Shown: in pieces, positions 44,560-59,000 of the stretch
Layout of the letters: the number at the start of each line of letters is the position of its first letter
How positions within the stretch are numbered: position 1 is the first letter of the stretch
Assembly (NCBI RefSeq): GCF_009914755.1
Contig: NC_060928.1
Strand: one strand, 5' to 3'
DNA: 64,000 nt
Origin: the human T2T-CHM13v2.0 reference genome, Homo sapiens
Made by a program: the position numbers and the translations under genes
Notes under the pieces: generated by a model
The model's database searches: none
Told to the model about the DNA's origin: nothing
What the model saw: only the letters and a program-made list of their open reading frames with translations

Positions 44560-45880
44560 TGTGCCACACATTCAAGACAAAGATTAGAGACACACTCATT
44601 ACTCAGAGGAGACAATTACATGCTATTTCAACTGAGTGAGAACAATGCTGTAATAAAAGAAAGTGCAAGGTACAGTTTTAACCCAGAACAGAGGTTCTAG
44701 CAGTGGAGGAAAAGAAGCGGAGGTGAATTGTAAGATAGATTTTTTTGAAAGAGAAAGGAACTGGACAAGAACAAGCAGAAGGAGCAGGGTGAAAAATGGC
44801 ACCAAGTTGTGAAGTTGAGACTGGGGTACAGCATTGGAGGCAATGGGCAGTGGGCACTGAGGCCAGGGGTAGATACATCCCACATGGCTCCCTCTGCCAT
44901 CCAGAGATGTGGACCAACTCAGAAGCCAATAGGATGCCATTCCACATCTTAGTGGAGAAAGTAAGTTGATCATATTTACAACTTGTATGCAGTGTCCAGA
45001 TGAGAGACGATGAGGGCCATAAATAGAGATTTCATAATGAGGAAGGAGACAGCGAGATGTTAAGGACCAAGCACCATCTGAATTTGGTGGCTAACTGAAT
45101 GCACGAGAAGGAAGGAATTGTGGATGACACCCAGATATCTGGCCTGAATTGCTGGGTAGAAGATAGGACCATTCAGTGAGGGAGAAACAGAACATTTGTA
45201 GAGCACGAGAAGCAGAAGGGAAAGAGAAGCTAACTAGTTTAGTTCTGAACAGGTTGAGTAAATGAACCAACAGAATAAAGACAACTGCTCAAAGGGAGAG
45301 AGTTGACTTACATACACACACAAAAAACACAACCAGCACTTTGGGAGGCCAAGGCAGGTGGATCACCTGAGGTCAGGAGCTTGAGACCAGCCTGAACAAC
45401 ATGGAGAAACCCCGTCTCTACTAAAAATACAAAATTGGCCAGGTGTGGTGGCGCATGCCTATAATCACAGCTACTCAGGAGGCTGAGGCAGGAGAATTGG
45501 TTGAACCCAGGAGGCAGAGGTTGTGCTGTGCCAAGATTGTGCCATTGCACTCCAACCTGGGCAACAAAAGCAAAACTCCATCTCAAAAAAACAAAAACAA
45601 AAACAAACAAACAAACAAAAAACACAAAGTGCACCAGGGATGGAACACTGGGTAACACAACATTGGAGGTATCGTAAGAGAGACCAAGAAGGTCAGATGA
45701 GAATTAGAATGGTCTGCTCTCATAAAACCCAAGAGAGGAACAACTTTCCAGAAGAGGGCAATTGAGTCAAATGCTGTGAAGATCAAGTCAGAGAAGAATT
45801 GGAATGTATTCTCTGGGTTTGGCAGTTAGGGGTTTCCTACCAATCCTGGCAGGATCACCTTCACTGGTGCTGTGAATGAA
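44560..45880 (-). mobile_element. L2 fragments interrupted by an Alu
   Basis: gtccagatgagagacgatg..ggatgacacccag..tcaaatgctg are L2 body sequence. Confidence 0.6.
45333..45614 (+). mobile_element. AluSp-like, 5'-truncated
   Basis: aacatggagaaacc and caacaaaagcaaaactcc diagnostics; TSD acaaaaaacacaa at 45320-45332 and 45615-45627. Confidence 0.93.
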
Positions 45881-45946
45881 GGAAACAACTAACTTCCTTT
45901 CACAAAGCATAAGAACATTTTCATTTTCTCCTTTCTCTCTCTCCCT

Positions 45947-45987
<41 letters not shown>

Positions 45988-46100
45988 GATGAGGTCTCAC
46001 CATGTTGCCCAGACTGGAGTGCAGTGGCTGCTTTCAAACAATCCTCCCACCTCAGCCTCCTGAATAGCAGGGATTACAGGCACAGGTCATAGGGCTCGGC
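45947..46100 (-). mobile_element. FAM/7SL-derived monomer with internal deletion and T38 tail
   Basis: agagatgaggtctcaccatgttgcccagactggagtgcagtggct resembles the 7SL/FAM 3' end, joined directly to 5'-end sequence. Confidence 0.7.
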
Positions 46101-47336
46101 TTCTATTTTGTTTTAATCTCAACATAACATCTCTTATGGCTGATTCTTTTTGAAACTCCTTAGTGTAAAAATTGTAGTTTCTGACTTTTCCAAATGAATA
46201 GAGCCTTTCAAGCGTTATCATTCTGTAAGCAACTGTCTTTTAAGGTAAAGTTAAATTTTCCAGTAAGGAATTCATTAGAGAGGTTTCAGAAGGCATGTAA
46301 TAAAAAGCAACCTGAACCCAGGTAATCAGAAAACATGGATCTCGGATTCATCAGTGTGAGAATTGCTTTCCTTTCCTTCTTCTGCCACTCCCTCTCCTTA
46401 ACAAGCAGCTACTATGTGAAAAGAATTGTGCTTGGTGCTTTGGGGACATTAATAGAGCATGATCCTGCCCCACTTCAGCCCCTAGTCAAGGAGATTACAA
46501 GCCAGAGCAAAAGACAGATGTGCAATCAAACAACCTTAAAATAAGGTGGGCTGAAATAAATGTTCACAATGGTGCAAGCAAAGTCCTATGAAAGTAATCC
46601 CCCATCTTTTATGAAATACAGGAAGTGACCTTTAAAAACACAGACACAACTGGGGAGTTCATCGCTCCACTAATTACCTCCCTACTGTTCAGACCATAAA
46701 CTTTTATGCGATCTGCTCTCTGTTCACCTCATTTGTACTCATTTATTTTAACAGGCATCCAAGCTGCCTATATGCAAAAACTTTACAGGCATTAGTGGTG
46801 AGTGGAGATTTTAGCTCCACCCTTGACTTGATTGTAATTCTTTCATTAAACTGAATTTTAATGATATTTAATATCACTTTGAGTCTTTTCATTGACAGTG
46901 TTAAAGTTCTGAAAATTAAATGCATAACCTCATGGATTAGGTGAACACTAAGCCTCCTTCTCCCAGAGGAGATAAACTGGGACACCTAAATATATGGAAT
47001 GGCTTCTGAAGAATACTATTTTGATCTGAGTAACCTCATAGTGACATCTTTGCAGCTCATACTCCCTTTAAATTTCTTTGTAAAACAACTGCTTTTAAAG
47101 GATCAGCCTAAGGCTGCAGGCTCACACATTATTTCCCATTTGTGCACAGTTGCTATTTATAACTGGGGCCCTTTAGAAAATGAAAATCTAAGGTTGGCTA
47201 ACTGTAGCCAGAGTGACCCATAATATAAGCCAGGTCATACTTTTTTTGGCATCCTTCTGTGTCCTCTCAGGAAACTTTGATTATATTTCAACTAGGAATA
47301 GGAAAGAGATTGTCCAAATAAAAAAGCACTTCTCTA

Positions 47337-47545
47337 GCAGGTGGTTAAGACATAGGTTCTTGAGTCAGCATGCCTGGGTCTGAATGCCAACGTACCATTT
47401 ATTAGCTTTGTGACTTTGAACAAGTTGTTTATCACCTAGGCTTCATCTGTAAGATGATTAAATGAGATAATGCTTATAAAGAACTTACGTTAGTGTTTGG
47501 CACAGAGTCCTCAAACAATAGTAATTGTTGTAATAATTATTATTT
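47337..47545 (+). mobile_element. MIR
   Basis: gtggttaaga..tgcctgggt..tgtgactttgaacaagtt..catctgtaa..ttaaatgagataatgc. Confidence 0.8.
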
Positions 47546-49734
47546 CTGTTATCATTTATACAAAATTGCCCTGGATTACAGTTTATAGCACACTGCCTCA
47601 CACATGGTAGGTATTCAATGTCTGTTTATTTCTTAGTGGATGCTTGGCTAGCTTTCAGCTGAGAATGCGGTATTTCCAGGGAGTGCTTCCTTTGGTTTTC
47701 TCAAGAGTACTGGGAAGATAACAAAAGAAACTCAAGGGCAAGGAGATTGGGAAGGTAGCAAAACTGCCTTAATTCTGTATTAATCCTGCTGATGATTCAG
47801 TGATGTGGCTTCACAGAGCTCAGTGATTTTTTTTTTCCTATCTATGTGAAAAGAGGGTATATGCATCCTACGGCAGCCTTAGGTCATGTGTTTTGACTAC
47901 CCTCAGGTGGTACAAATTAAAGTTTCTTTTTCCCTCAGTAATACACCAGGCCATCTACTTAGCATTTTTCCATCAGAAGTTCCACTTGATATTTTTCACC
48001 TGGGTTCTGGAAGAGACATTAGGGTGGTGTTAATGGAAAAGTATCAGCACATTGCGACAAGGAAAGAATAAACAATATCTCTGTAATACAAATATGACTC
48101 TGTGCCCTTTGATAGCAGCACATTCCACAGCAGCAAGGATCTGAGGATGGTGTGTGTTGTGTTCGTGTGCATATGCTGTTAACAAAACTTTTATTTATAT
48201 TTAAACATCAGTATATGGTGATGTGTGTGTGCATTTAGTCCATACATGTTGTACCATATGTTTTAACCTTTAAAGATAAGCTGTAAAGCAGGATCAGAAG
48301 AACAAGAATGATACCTGTTTCTCACGTTTATTGTTTCTCAGTTTTATAGTGGGGAGGCATCTACATACTTCTAAAATTAATCAATTTATAAGCCTAATAA
48401 ATATTCTACAGATATTAACTGTTCACATTTCATTTATTTTCTGTGGCTTTTGAGAGCTAACATTAAATAGTTTTATCCTTAAAGGAGGACATAAAATGAA
48501 TTGCCATGGGCTTAAGCTCATTTGTTAAATTTTATTACAACTCTTCTGAGTTTATCGAGTCTATTTATAGAACCATCTTGCCTGTTAGGAATGTTAGGGT
48601 GGATAAACTTCTCACCTTAATGCATTAGACTGTATTTTTTTACCCAGTTGAACTCCTACAGATGGAATTAATGTAGTAAACTTCAGCCTAGGTTATGCTT
48701 GGGTGGTAGTGAGAACCCAGGACTCTAAATTTAAGAGATCTATAGTCCCCCCTCTGATTATTTAATATTTACAAGACAGTACAGATAATACTGATTTTAA
48801 AAATTATTTGTCCTTAGTCAAATACAGTAAGCCACTAACATAGAATACTACTTCAAAAACCATTATGAATGAGGATAAGAAGATGAAAATACCTAACTGA
48901 ATAACAAACTAAAATTTTGCATTCATTTCACCATCAACAGACAGGCACTACCTGGCTACTACGTACATATCATGGTTTCAGACATTTAGCTGAAAGGCAG
49001 GATGAAAAAAATCTGCCATGGACTCTAGTGTATGATAGTAACCATTGCCTTTTTAGAGGGTTAATCTATTAAGCCAAAACAATAAGTATTACTTCATGTT
49101 AAATAAAAAAAGAATGGATCTAGAATGAGGTATGAGGTAATGATTCACTGTTCCCATAGAAAGCCTGTGTGATAGAGTTATAGCAAAAGCTGGAGTCCAA
49201 GATGGTTGCCCTAGGGAATCCAAACCTGCCTCAGATAATGAAATAGAATATTATGTGAAATACAGACATTAAACTATTTGTGAATATCCCCAAACTAATG
49301 ACACCTCCTACCTACAGTAAGTATCCTTGGAAGAATTGTTTGATAGACAATGGACTTCACTACAGTGGACAAACAGCTAGTATCAATAGAAACATTATTT
49401 GATAGAAAATGGACTCTTGAGTTTGAGTAGTTTCAGTAGAATCTGTTTGCCTCAGTTCTAAGGAGAATTTCTTTGAGATTAGATACCTAGGTTTACTACC
49501 TTCAGAACTGAAAGACAGGGCTCTCTGCTAAGCAGAGTCCTGCTCACCACCATGTTCTTCAAGCCAGAAGTTAGCTTATCTGCCTCTTCTTTCTCAACGA
49601 GGCTGGATTTAGGAAATGGGTGCTAACAAGTTAGCATCTCCATTCCTTTCACTACTATTTATTGTATCAGGTTCTCTCAGTGACTTCCCACAGAACAGGC
49701 AGCCTACCCTCTGCTCTGTGTAATTGTGCAGTAA

Positions 49735-50150
49735 GATATTATTGCTGCCACAGTAATAATGACCAAAATAGTAGTGGCATAAACCAAACAGAAGTGTATT
49801 TCTGTCTTAGGCAATTATAGTCAGAGCACAAGCAGCCAAGTGTTCTATGGAATCAGAGACCTCAACTTTTCAATGTTGTTTCTCTGCCCTTCTCTCTTGG
49901 TCTCAGGTGGCTGGTCTAGCTTCTGTTACCACATCTGTATTCCAGCTAACATAAGGGGCAGGGCTTTTTTATAAAGGACATGACCTGTAAGTTACATACA
50001 TCATGTCCACTCACATCCCATTGGCCATAATCTAGCCATATAGCCACATCTAGCTGCAAGGGAGGCTGATAAATGTGCTTTTTATCTGGGTGGACATATG
50101 CCCAACTGAAGCTTCCATTATTTTAGAAGAAAAAAACGGACTATTTGACT
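49735..50150 (-). mobile_element. LTR33-like ERVL LTR
   Basis: cacatcccattggcca..ccacatctagctgcaagggaggctg..aaatgt hallmark. Confidence 0.75.
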
Positions 50151-52249
50151 GGAAGCTTTTCTTCACCTCATCACAAAAAGCTACAGAAGAAAATTACTTG
50201 GCTTAACACATTTTGCCTCAGTGACCAGAAGCTAAACATATAGCAAAAGAGTTCCAGCCAAATCAGGGGTACTCACAGAAAAACTAAGATCATGTTCTTA
50301 TACAACTATAGTAGTTGTTATGACTTGCTTTGCTAAGAATCAATATCTTCCAATTATTCCACACACGACTTTCAGTATTTTTTGGAAGCAGCAGTAGTCT
50401 ATACACTAGTTATTGAGTTGACTTCTCCATCTTCTTGGGTCACTGACAGCCCTAAATAATGAATATGATGTCTCAAGGCACCTGTGGAATTAGTGCTGTC
50501 CATCCATATCTAGCCATAATATAATAATATAATGTTCAGTAATTTTGAACAGCCTGTGACTTACATGACTACTCTTAAAATGGTCCCCATTAGCTAAGCT
50601 AAACATTCTTTTGCTAGGAAAAATTGTGTGGTGGTAAAAGAAGCTAAAGATTAATCTACGAAAAGGACGCCTCTAATTTTTTCTTCCCATGGAGGCTTCC
50701 CAACTTTGAAATAAAGCAGATCTGTGTTTTGTTGATTCAAAGTTCACCAGTTCCTTTCTTTTTAATCTGTTGTTTATCCAGTTACTTCCACCTGGCTCCT
50801 TCAGTTTCCCTTTCCCTCACTCAGAAATACAGAACGCCTAGGGAGTCTTGTTTACTTTCTTAGACATCCTTTCATTTAATAACACTGCTATCCTTCAAAG
50901 CAGTTTATCTCTCCATTTCCTTCTGGTCAAATAAAATAATTTTATTTATTACTTTTTTTTTTTTGATTGAGGACAAGTCAATCAGATTAAGGTGTCTCCT
51001 AAATTCTGTTGAGAAAGGCAAGTTGGCAGTCATGGTCATGGGCAGCCCCTTATTCAAAGCAGTTGTTTGCTTGTGTATCTGGAGAAACCTGCACAGTTTG
51101 CTGAGGTCATGGCATTTTACTTGGTTGTTTTAACTTGGCATGATATGCACAATACCTTGCCAGTAGCACCAATGAGAATTTTGCGGAGAGCCTGGTAATT
51201 TTTTATGTTAACCTCTAATGTTACCTATTTCCCTCAGTCCCTGCTTTAGTTTTCATCATCATTGTCCAATTCCCTTTCAGTAGTCTACTTTGAATCTCTC
51301 ATTAATTTATTAAAATCCTGCAATTCTTTTTGCATTTATTGTTGGCCTGTGCAACCATTAGGGAGTAACATGTTTACTGTAAAATATGTTAAAGTTTACT
51401 CTGTTTTAGTTCATCCTCCAAAGTATCTCCTATAAATTACAAAGAAAAGTCTTCTAGCTGTAACATTGTGGGATTTGATGGAATAAGTTCAGCTGGAGAT
51501 TTCACAACACAATATTTAGCAGCTGCAAAGGAAAGGAAGACAAAGCTGCCAGGTTATCCCCAGGAAATCCCAAGACACATATTTTTAACATTTGCATTCT
51601 TATTTACATAAATTTGTATGTTTCATTCAAAAGGCGCTGACTCCAATTATGTAAAATAAAACACTCGATTTCTCTTTATCTGACGGGTAGATAACCACAT
51701 ATTCTAGGCTTGCTTGCCTGTTGCCCAGAGTGATTTCTCTGGCTTCTTCCTCTCTGCTCCAAGAGTTTCTCCCCATTATGCCTACCCTCTCATCACAACC
51801 ATTAAGGAAAAGAGTTATCATTTAGTTTTAAGATTTGAGCTGGCTCCAAAATGTTGTTTTCTATCATGTGCTCACATTGAAATCCTCTGTTTTCCAATTG
51901 TGGGTTTTCACAAGACACTCCCTTCCCCCACAGCAACAACAAAATGCCGATCCCTGATTCAGCTTGGAGAATCATTGTTTGGGTGGTGAAAATCCCATCT
52001 TGAGCCAGCTTTCAGCCTTACCCTCGAAATTTCTTGGTAGTGAGGAAGATAGTTTGGATTCTGGGCAGATTAACCATAGGTTTCAACTATCCACCCAAAT
52101 GCTGCCTTCCATGGGCCCCTATAATTATAGATTGACTCTGTTTACATTTTTTAGCGTCATTTCTCCCCTCCAGGTAGATGAATATCAAAGCTGACTGCAA
52201 AATAAATTCATTAGAGTAATTTATAGCAAGTATATTAAGCCCAAAAGCC

Positions 52250-53000
52250 AGAGCTACGATAAAAGAGAGCAAGAGCGTCCTTTGGGAGCGATCTCACTCG
52301 ACCCAGAACAGTCCTGGTGACACCGTACAGAAAGCCCATCTGCTAACCGCCCCAGTGGGGAAGGAGGGCCCGAGAATCACACAGAGAGACAATATCGCAG
52401 AACCATGGATGGTCATACTGTGCTAAATTCACTTCCACTCTCTGAAAAGCATTTCAAAAAGCCACTCCCTAACATCTGTATACTGCTGCTTCTGTTCCTC
52501 ATCATGCCTAGAAAACCAGGGAGTAAACTCCGGACCACATACTGAATTGAAATGAAATTTAGTCAAGCGACCCCTGAGGGGTTCATTGACTTTTGACCTT
52601 CGCCTTTGAAAAGGCTTCTCTCTGTCTCCACAGACAAACTGGTGATCTATTTAGAGGCTATATAAACAATGTCAAAACATGGGGGCTAGAGGGGACAGCC
52701 ATGGGGGCAAGGCTGTGAATACTGGAACAGTTAGCAACACATTCTGTGACATCCAGGGTGTGTTTTGTTGTCGGTTGGTTGCTTTAATCTTTGGGCGAAA
52801 GGATATTCCTCTTACTTGGAACTGAAGTCAGCAGAGGGGAAGTGCAGACCTCACCAAACACAAAGTACAGAAACACAGTCCCAAGAAACTAGGGTTGCTC
52901 CCCTGCTACGCCTGCAAAATGTCAGCCTCGCTGACAGCACAGACAGGCGGCTTCTGCTTCACCCGGGATTTCACACTCCGCATACAGCTGCCTTGGCAGG
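52250..53000. promoter_or_regulatory. Candidate CpG-retaining promoter/enhancer
   Basis: Locally raised CpG in non-repeat sequence; IR1/DR1 at 52580-52599; TATATAAA at 52659-52666. Confidence 0.4.
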
Positions 53001-53523
53001 ACTTGTGGCCAAGGCAAAATTACCAGGAATTAGCTAGGAAAACAGATTCATTTCCTTTAAAAACTGCAAAAACCCCCCCTCTGGTTCTACCCACATATAT
53101 CTATAAGAACACTATTTAAAGAATTTGTATTTGTTTGTTTTTGGCTTTTCCTGGCAGTGACTATGTTTCATACTAGATTTTGAATTGCGTGTGGTCCAGA
53201 GATGTACTGCAGTAGCAAAGGACAGGAAGGTGGTGAGAATCCCAGGGACACTGTGATCCTTCTGTTAAGGTATACCTGGAAGGTATGCTTGATCTACTCA
53301 CCAGAGTTTGGTTTCTCTTTCTGAAATACAACACCTCCTTCTTCTATTTCTTGAGATAAGCAAATTGGGGATGTAGTTTCTCTAAGCTTACTAGTTAGCT
53401 TTTCATTTATTCATGTATTCAATTCATTTGTATAACTCCTTGAGTGCCTGAATACATAGTGGACAAAATAGGTAAAAATTAAAAAAAAAAAATTCCTTGC
53501 TCTTGTAGATTTATATTAAATTA

Positions 53524-53923
<400 letters not shown>

Positions 53924-54965
53924 TTAACAGGGGACTTGTCACACAGCCCGTGAATGGCAGACTTGTGACTTGAAGCCAGGTGGGCTGGCTTCAGAGAGCC
54001 CCACACTCTTCCTTTAGGGTGCTATACTCCCCAGTGGGACTGATGGCTGTGACTGCAGGTCCAGAACAGGAGCAGTTCAAGCATATACCTGTAGTTTCTA
54101 GAGGCAAAGTCTTTAAGTCTGCAAGATAGTTTAAATGACAAATATTGTACAGTTAGTATTGTGGCTGATTTCCACATGAAGATGTCAGTGACTAAAAGCA
54201 CCCTCTTTCTTATAAGTTTCCACAGGCAGGGGAAGGTGAATCAGAGTGGAGAGATCAGAAGAGTGAAGGAAGATGGGGAGGATGCCATTGGGATGGGTGT
54301 GGAGGCAGACACTGAGGACAGGGACTCTCGGATCAAAGTTTTCTCAGACTCAACATTTTGCCCGAGAAAGTCCTACTAAGGCCAACCAAATAGTACAAAC
54401 TTTGAATTATACCAGTTACTTTTATAAGATCAATTTTATTATTTCACCGAAATAGCTCAAGGCAAAAAGAAATAACAGCCAACTGGCTCGAATCATAGTG
54501 TCTGATAAAAGTAGGTTCATTCTTACTTTGCCTATTGGCTTCTCAATCAGAGGGCTTGGAAAGCAAACTGGAGTTATGCTGCTGTACATGGAAGGTTTCC
54601 ATTGCTGTTCCTGCAAGAAAGGAAACACAGAAAGGGAAATTTCAGGGATGTGCCTGGCTTTCCAGCTGCATGGATCCATTTTCCTGATACAACAGTGCTG
54701 CAAGCATTTAAACTTGATAGTTGTCACTTGAAATACTTGAGTCAGCATTTTTGCATGGTTTCTTTAGTTTGCAGCCTGTGCAAACCCATTTAAACTTGTA
54801 CAGGGATACCATTTATGACATTTTGAGGGAATTAATTACACACATGTTGACATAAATTCAGAATATGTTCACCTCTTAAGATATCTTCTTAGAACATGAA
54901 TCAGACTATGTGAATCTTTTAAAAAATAACTTTACTAATATATCATTGCATAAGAACAATGACCC

Positions 54966-55252
54966 GGCCAGGCGCGGTGGCCCATGCATATAATCCTAGC
55001 ACTTTGGGAGGCCGAGGTGGGCAGATCACTTGAGATCAGGAGTTCAAGACCAGCCTGGCCAACATGGAGAAACCCTGTCTCTACTAAAAATACAAAAATT
55101 AGCCAGGTATGTAATTCCAGCTACTCGGGAGGCTGAGGCAAGAAAATTGCTTGAACCAGGAGGCAGAGGTTGCTGTGTGCCAAGACTGTGACACTGCACT
55201 CCAGCCTGGGCGACAGAGTGAGACTCCGTCTCAAAACAAACAAACAAACAAA
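54966..55252 (+). mobile_element. AluSx/Sz-like with short internal deletion
   Basis: Dimer lacking the gtggtggcgcgcgcc segment at the start of the right arm; (AAAC)n tail. Confidence 0.92.
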
Positions 55253-55636
55253 CGAAGTGACCCTATGTAACCCTCTGGTTTCCAAATCTTTGACTCCATA
55301 TGGAATAATTTCCAAAGTACTCTACCTGCTATTTAGAGCCCTCCCAAAGAGTCTTTGCTTTTTCAGTTTCGACTGCAACTCTGCCCTATAGTTTACCCTA
55401 AATCTCAAGTCACATTGGCCCATGTTATTTTTGCGAATGTCTCCAATTTATGCTGTTCTTTATGCTGCTCACGATTCCTAAAATAGCCTTTCTGTAATAT
55501 CTGCCTGTGAATTCCTACTTGTTCTATAAAGCCCAGCTCAAATTCCCTATGAAACATTTCACTATTGTTCTCTACTTCTTACTAGAGTCAGAATAAATTT
55601 CTCCCTACCAAGTCCCAAAATACTATTATTGGAGTG

Positions 55637-56015
55637 TGCTATGGTTTGAATGTGCCCCCCATAAGCTCCTATGTCAGAAACATAATTGCCATTGTAAAAA
55701 TATTAAGAGATGAAGCCTTTAAGAGGTAACTAGGCTATCTGGGTTCTCCCCTCCTAAATAGATTAATGCTGTATTCATGGGGATGTGTTAAGTTATCTTT
55801 GGAGTAGGCACCTGATAAAAGTTCAACTCCCATTTTCTCTCTGTCTCATGTGCTCGCTTCCTCACACCTTCCACCATGGGAGGGCCCTCACCAGATACTG
55901 GTGCTATAGTCTTGGATTTCCCAGCCTCCAGAACCATAAGCCAAATAAATAGCTTCTCTGTATAAATTACCCAGTCTGTGGTATTCTGTTATAGCAGCAG
56001 AAAATTGACTAAACA
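55637..56015 (+). mobile_element. MSTB1/2-like MaLR solo LTR inserted in L2
   Basis: tgctatggtttgaatgt..aaattacccagtctgtggtattctgttatagcagca..gactaaaca; near-TSD gagtg/gagta. Confidence 0.9.
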
Positions 56016-59000
56016 GAGTACTTGTGACTATCTGCTGTGAATGTGAGCTACAGAGGACAGAACACATGCTTTAGTTACCTTGTATCCTTCACAATCTAAA
56101 ACAGGTCTTATACAATGTATGTGCTCTTTTTTTTTCAATTAATTATTTCTTGTGTCAGCGGAATCTTTTTCTTTATGTCCTTACTAATTTCTAAAACACC
56201 CCAATAAATCCAGCTCTCTCCAACCTCCAGCCCCAGTTCTCACTACACACATTTTTCACCCACTTTTTTCAGTCTTGGTAGAGAAGACATCAAGAGACTT
56301 GTTATTGGGGGAAAAAAAAACTTAATAGTAGGCACCAATAAACCCCATAAAATAAAAATGAACTTCAAAAATTAATCAACAAATATTGACCCATCCCCAC
56401 CCACACTGTCCATTAATTGGCTATGTTTCTTGAGTAAAAGGAAGATATTTTTTTCCTGTGGACTTAGCAAGGAATGGAGTATGAACCTCTGGAATCTCTA
56501 CTCCTGCTGTTACTAATTATCTTACCCCCTTCCCCTAAGGCAAATTACTTGTACTCTCAAAGGGTGGCCCTGTCTGCAAATGTGGTTTGTGTTATTTACA
56601 CACATCTCACAGGGTATTTGGAGACTAATTGCAATGATATCTGTGGTCTAGAAAGGCAAAGTATAATTCCTGGGGAACAGACCCTATAGTTTACCCTCAG
56701 GAGAAGCCATTCAAATTGCTAACTTCTTCCCGGGGCCTGAAAACAAGCGTTATAGTTGGGTTCTGAGAGACATGGATTTCTGTCCATTAGGAGTTAAAGT
56801 GAGACCAGCAACTCATTTCACAGGTCATGTTCCAGCCATCAAAGAGTAATTACCATCAAACCCCACTGGCACAGGTCCCAACTATATTAGTGAATGCATG
56901 AATGAAAGTTTCAAAGGATACCATTACCAACTCCCACCTTCCAAAGGTAAAAAGATACTGAATGGTACCAGAGAAAAAGCCAAAATATATCAACTTAAGG
57001 TTGTAACTTTTTAAAAATGAAAATAACTGTTCAGTATCGATGATTGTGAAACATGATTCTGTTTCAAGGAAGTCAATCTGCAGAGGCAGTAGATGAATCT
57101 GAAGAACTCTGCCCTTCACTCTGAGGCTCCTCCAGTTGCTATGGCAACATGTAACTAGCTTTCTTAAGGTGTTATGCAGCCTGATTTTCTTTAGACCAAA
57201 CATTCCCCTGATACATTTACACTGGGTATACCTAAGACCAAAACAACCCAGCAGTTGCAAAGCATAGATTTCTTACTTATAAATTATTTATTTGGTGGAA
57301 AAACGTTAAGTCTGGGCCACACATAAAAGGGAACTTCTGAAACAGTGGGTTCATATGCAAAACACAGAACAATGAGGGACATATAGTTATTATTAAATAG
57401 CATTTCCCTTTTCCTATCCCCCATCCTCATTTCAGGCTTTTCCCACCTACAGAGTTTTGTATGTACTATGTATATATGTATTATATGTATTAGAGATATG
57501 GTGCATATGTATGTACACACACACAGTCTGGGTGACTGATGCTTAACAGTGTTTCACACTAACTCACCATTTGCTGAATGTGGGGGTGTGGACGCTGAGG
57601 ATGGACTTGGAATAAGGAGACTAGCAGGGAATTACAGAAAAGTTGTTGAAGCCTCAGGCAAACCAGCCATCCTCTCCAGATCTCTGGAAAATGAGGGTAA
57701 TTGTCCCCTTATCTTCTTCCCATAACAACTTCAGAGCTACAGAACTCCAAAAAGCTACAGAACTTCTCAGAAATCTCTATGTGAAAGGTATCTGGTGTTA
57801 TCTTTCCAGATTGGACCCCTAAAAGGAGACCAAAGAAGTTGTTAAGGCCTTGAACTGTAATTACTACCTTCAGTGTTTATCCTGATGCCTGAAATATAAG
57901 AGCAACTTCTGGTGCAAAAGGAAAGCGATAATCAAGGTTTTTAAGAAATAAAGATGTGAGGATCATCTGGCAAGCTCAGCTAGTTGATTGAGCAGTGGGA
58001 TCAGACCAAGTGGCATCTGCTTAAGGCTGAGTCACCAGGCAGCCCAAATTATCCTAATAGTTCTGAAAGAATGCCTCCTCTCACAGAAGTCTTGATTTTA
58101 TACTCCATATAAAACAAGGATGTTCACATCCATCCAATGCCTGCTCCTCCTCCCCTCACCTCAAGGCTAGTAACGGTGTGTTCTGTTTTGAGATGGAAGC
58201 AGATTCTACCTTAAAGATTGCCATTCCCATCTCCAACCTCATCCTGTCACTCATTATTTAAGGAGCAAAAATAACTGTACCTTGCATCGGTAGAGAGCTT
58301 TCAACAAACTGATGACAAAGCACTTTGGTTGCTCCTCACACTGCTCAAAGGCTACGGGCTCTTTCTGGGGCCTAGGATATGGAGGGAGCTGTGACCTTTC
58401 AAATACTCAGAGGAAACAGAGGAAAAAGAAAATTCCTAAAAGGGGATGTGATGTAGATCATCACCACTGTCCTGGTCCATGCTCTCTCTGGCCCCTCAAC
58501 CTGGTTGTTGAGACCAACCAATAGGGATTTGGGCTGGTCCCTCCCCTCACAGCTGGAGTTCCTCCCTTGGAAGGGTCAAGCACACAGACATAAAGCTGAG
58601 GTGGCCTTGGGAAGGGAGGAGAACTGGGTGGAGGGCGATTAAATGTTGACTCACTCAGGCTTGACCAGACTTCCTCCCTTTTCTACAGTCGAGTACAGTT
58701 TTTGGTGAACTTAGGTAAACTGTACATACTGCTACACTTTCTTCCTTCCTTTTGGGCTATTATCACGGGCTTGCCAGCAGAAAGAAGGTCACAGGGGAGA
58801 ACAAACTCACAAGCATTCTGGGTTTCCAGTTTTTTTTGGCAGGATCTTGTTAGAGCCTGACCTGCTAATGTATTCTTCAGCACCTCCCTCAGTACCCATT
58901 TCCCTTGAATGCTCTGCTAAATTTTTGCCTTTAAATTTCTATTTCCTGGTTGTTTTACATGCTGATTTTTAAAATGTCCCTTGTGCGGTTACCTTCCTTC

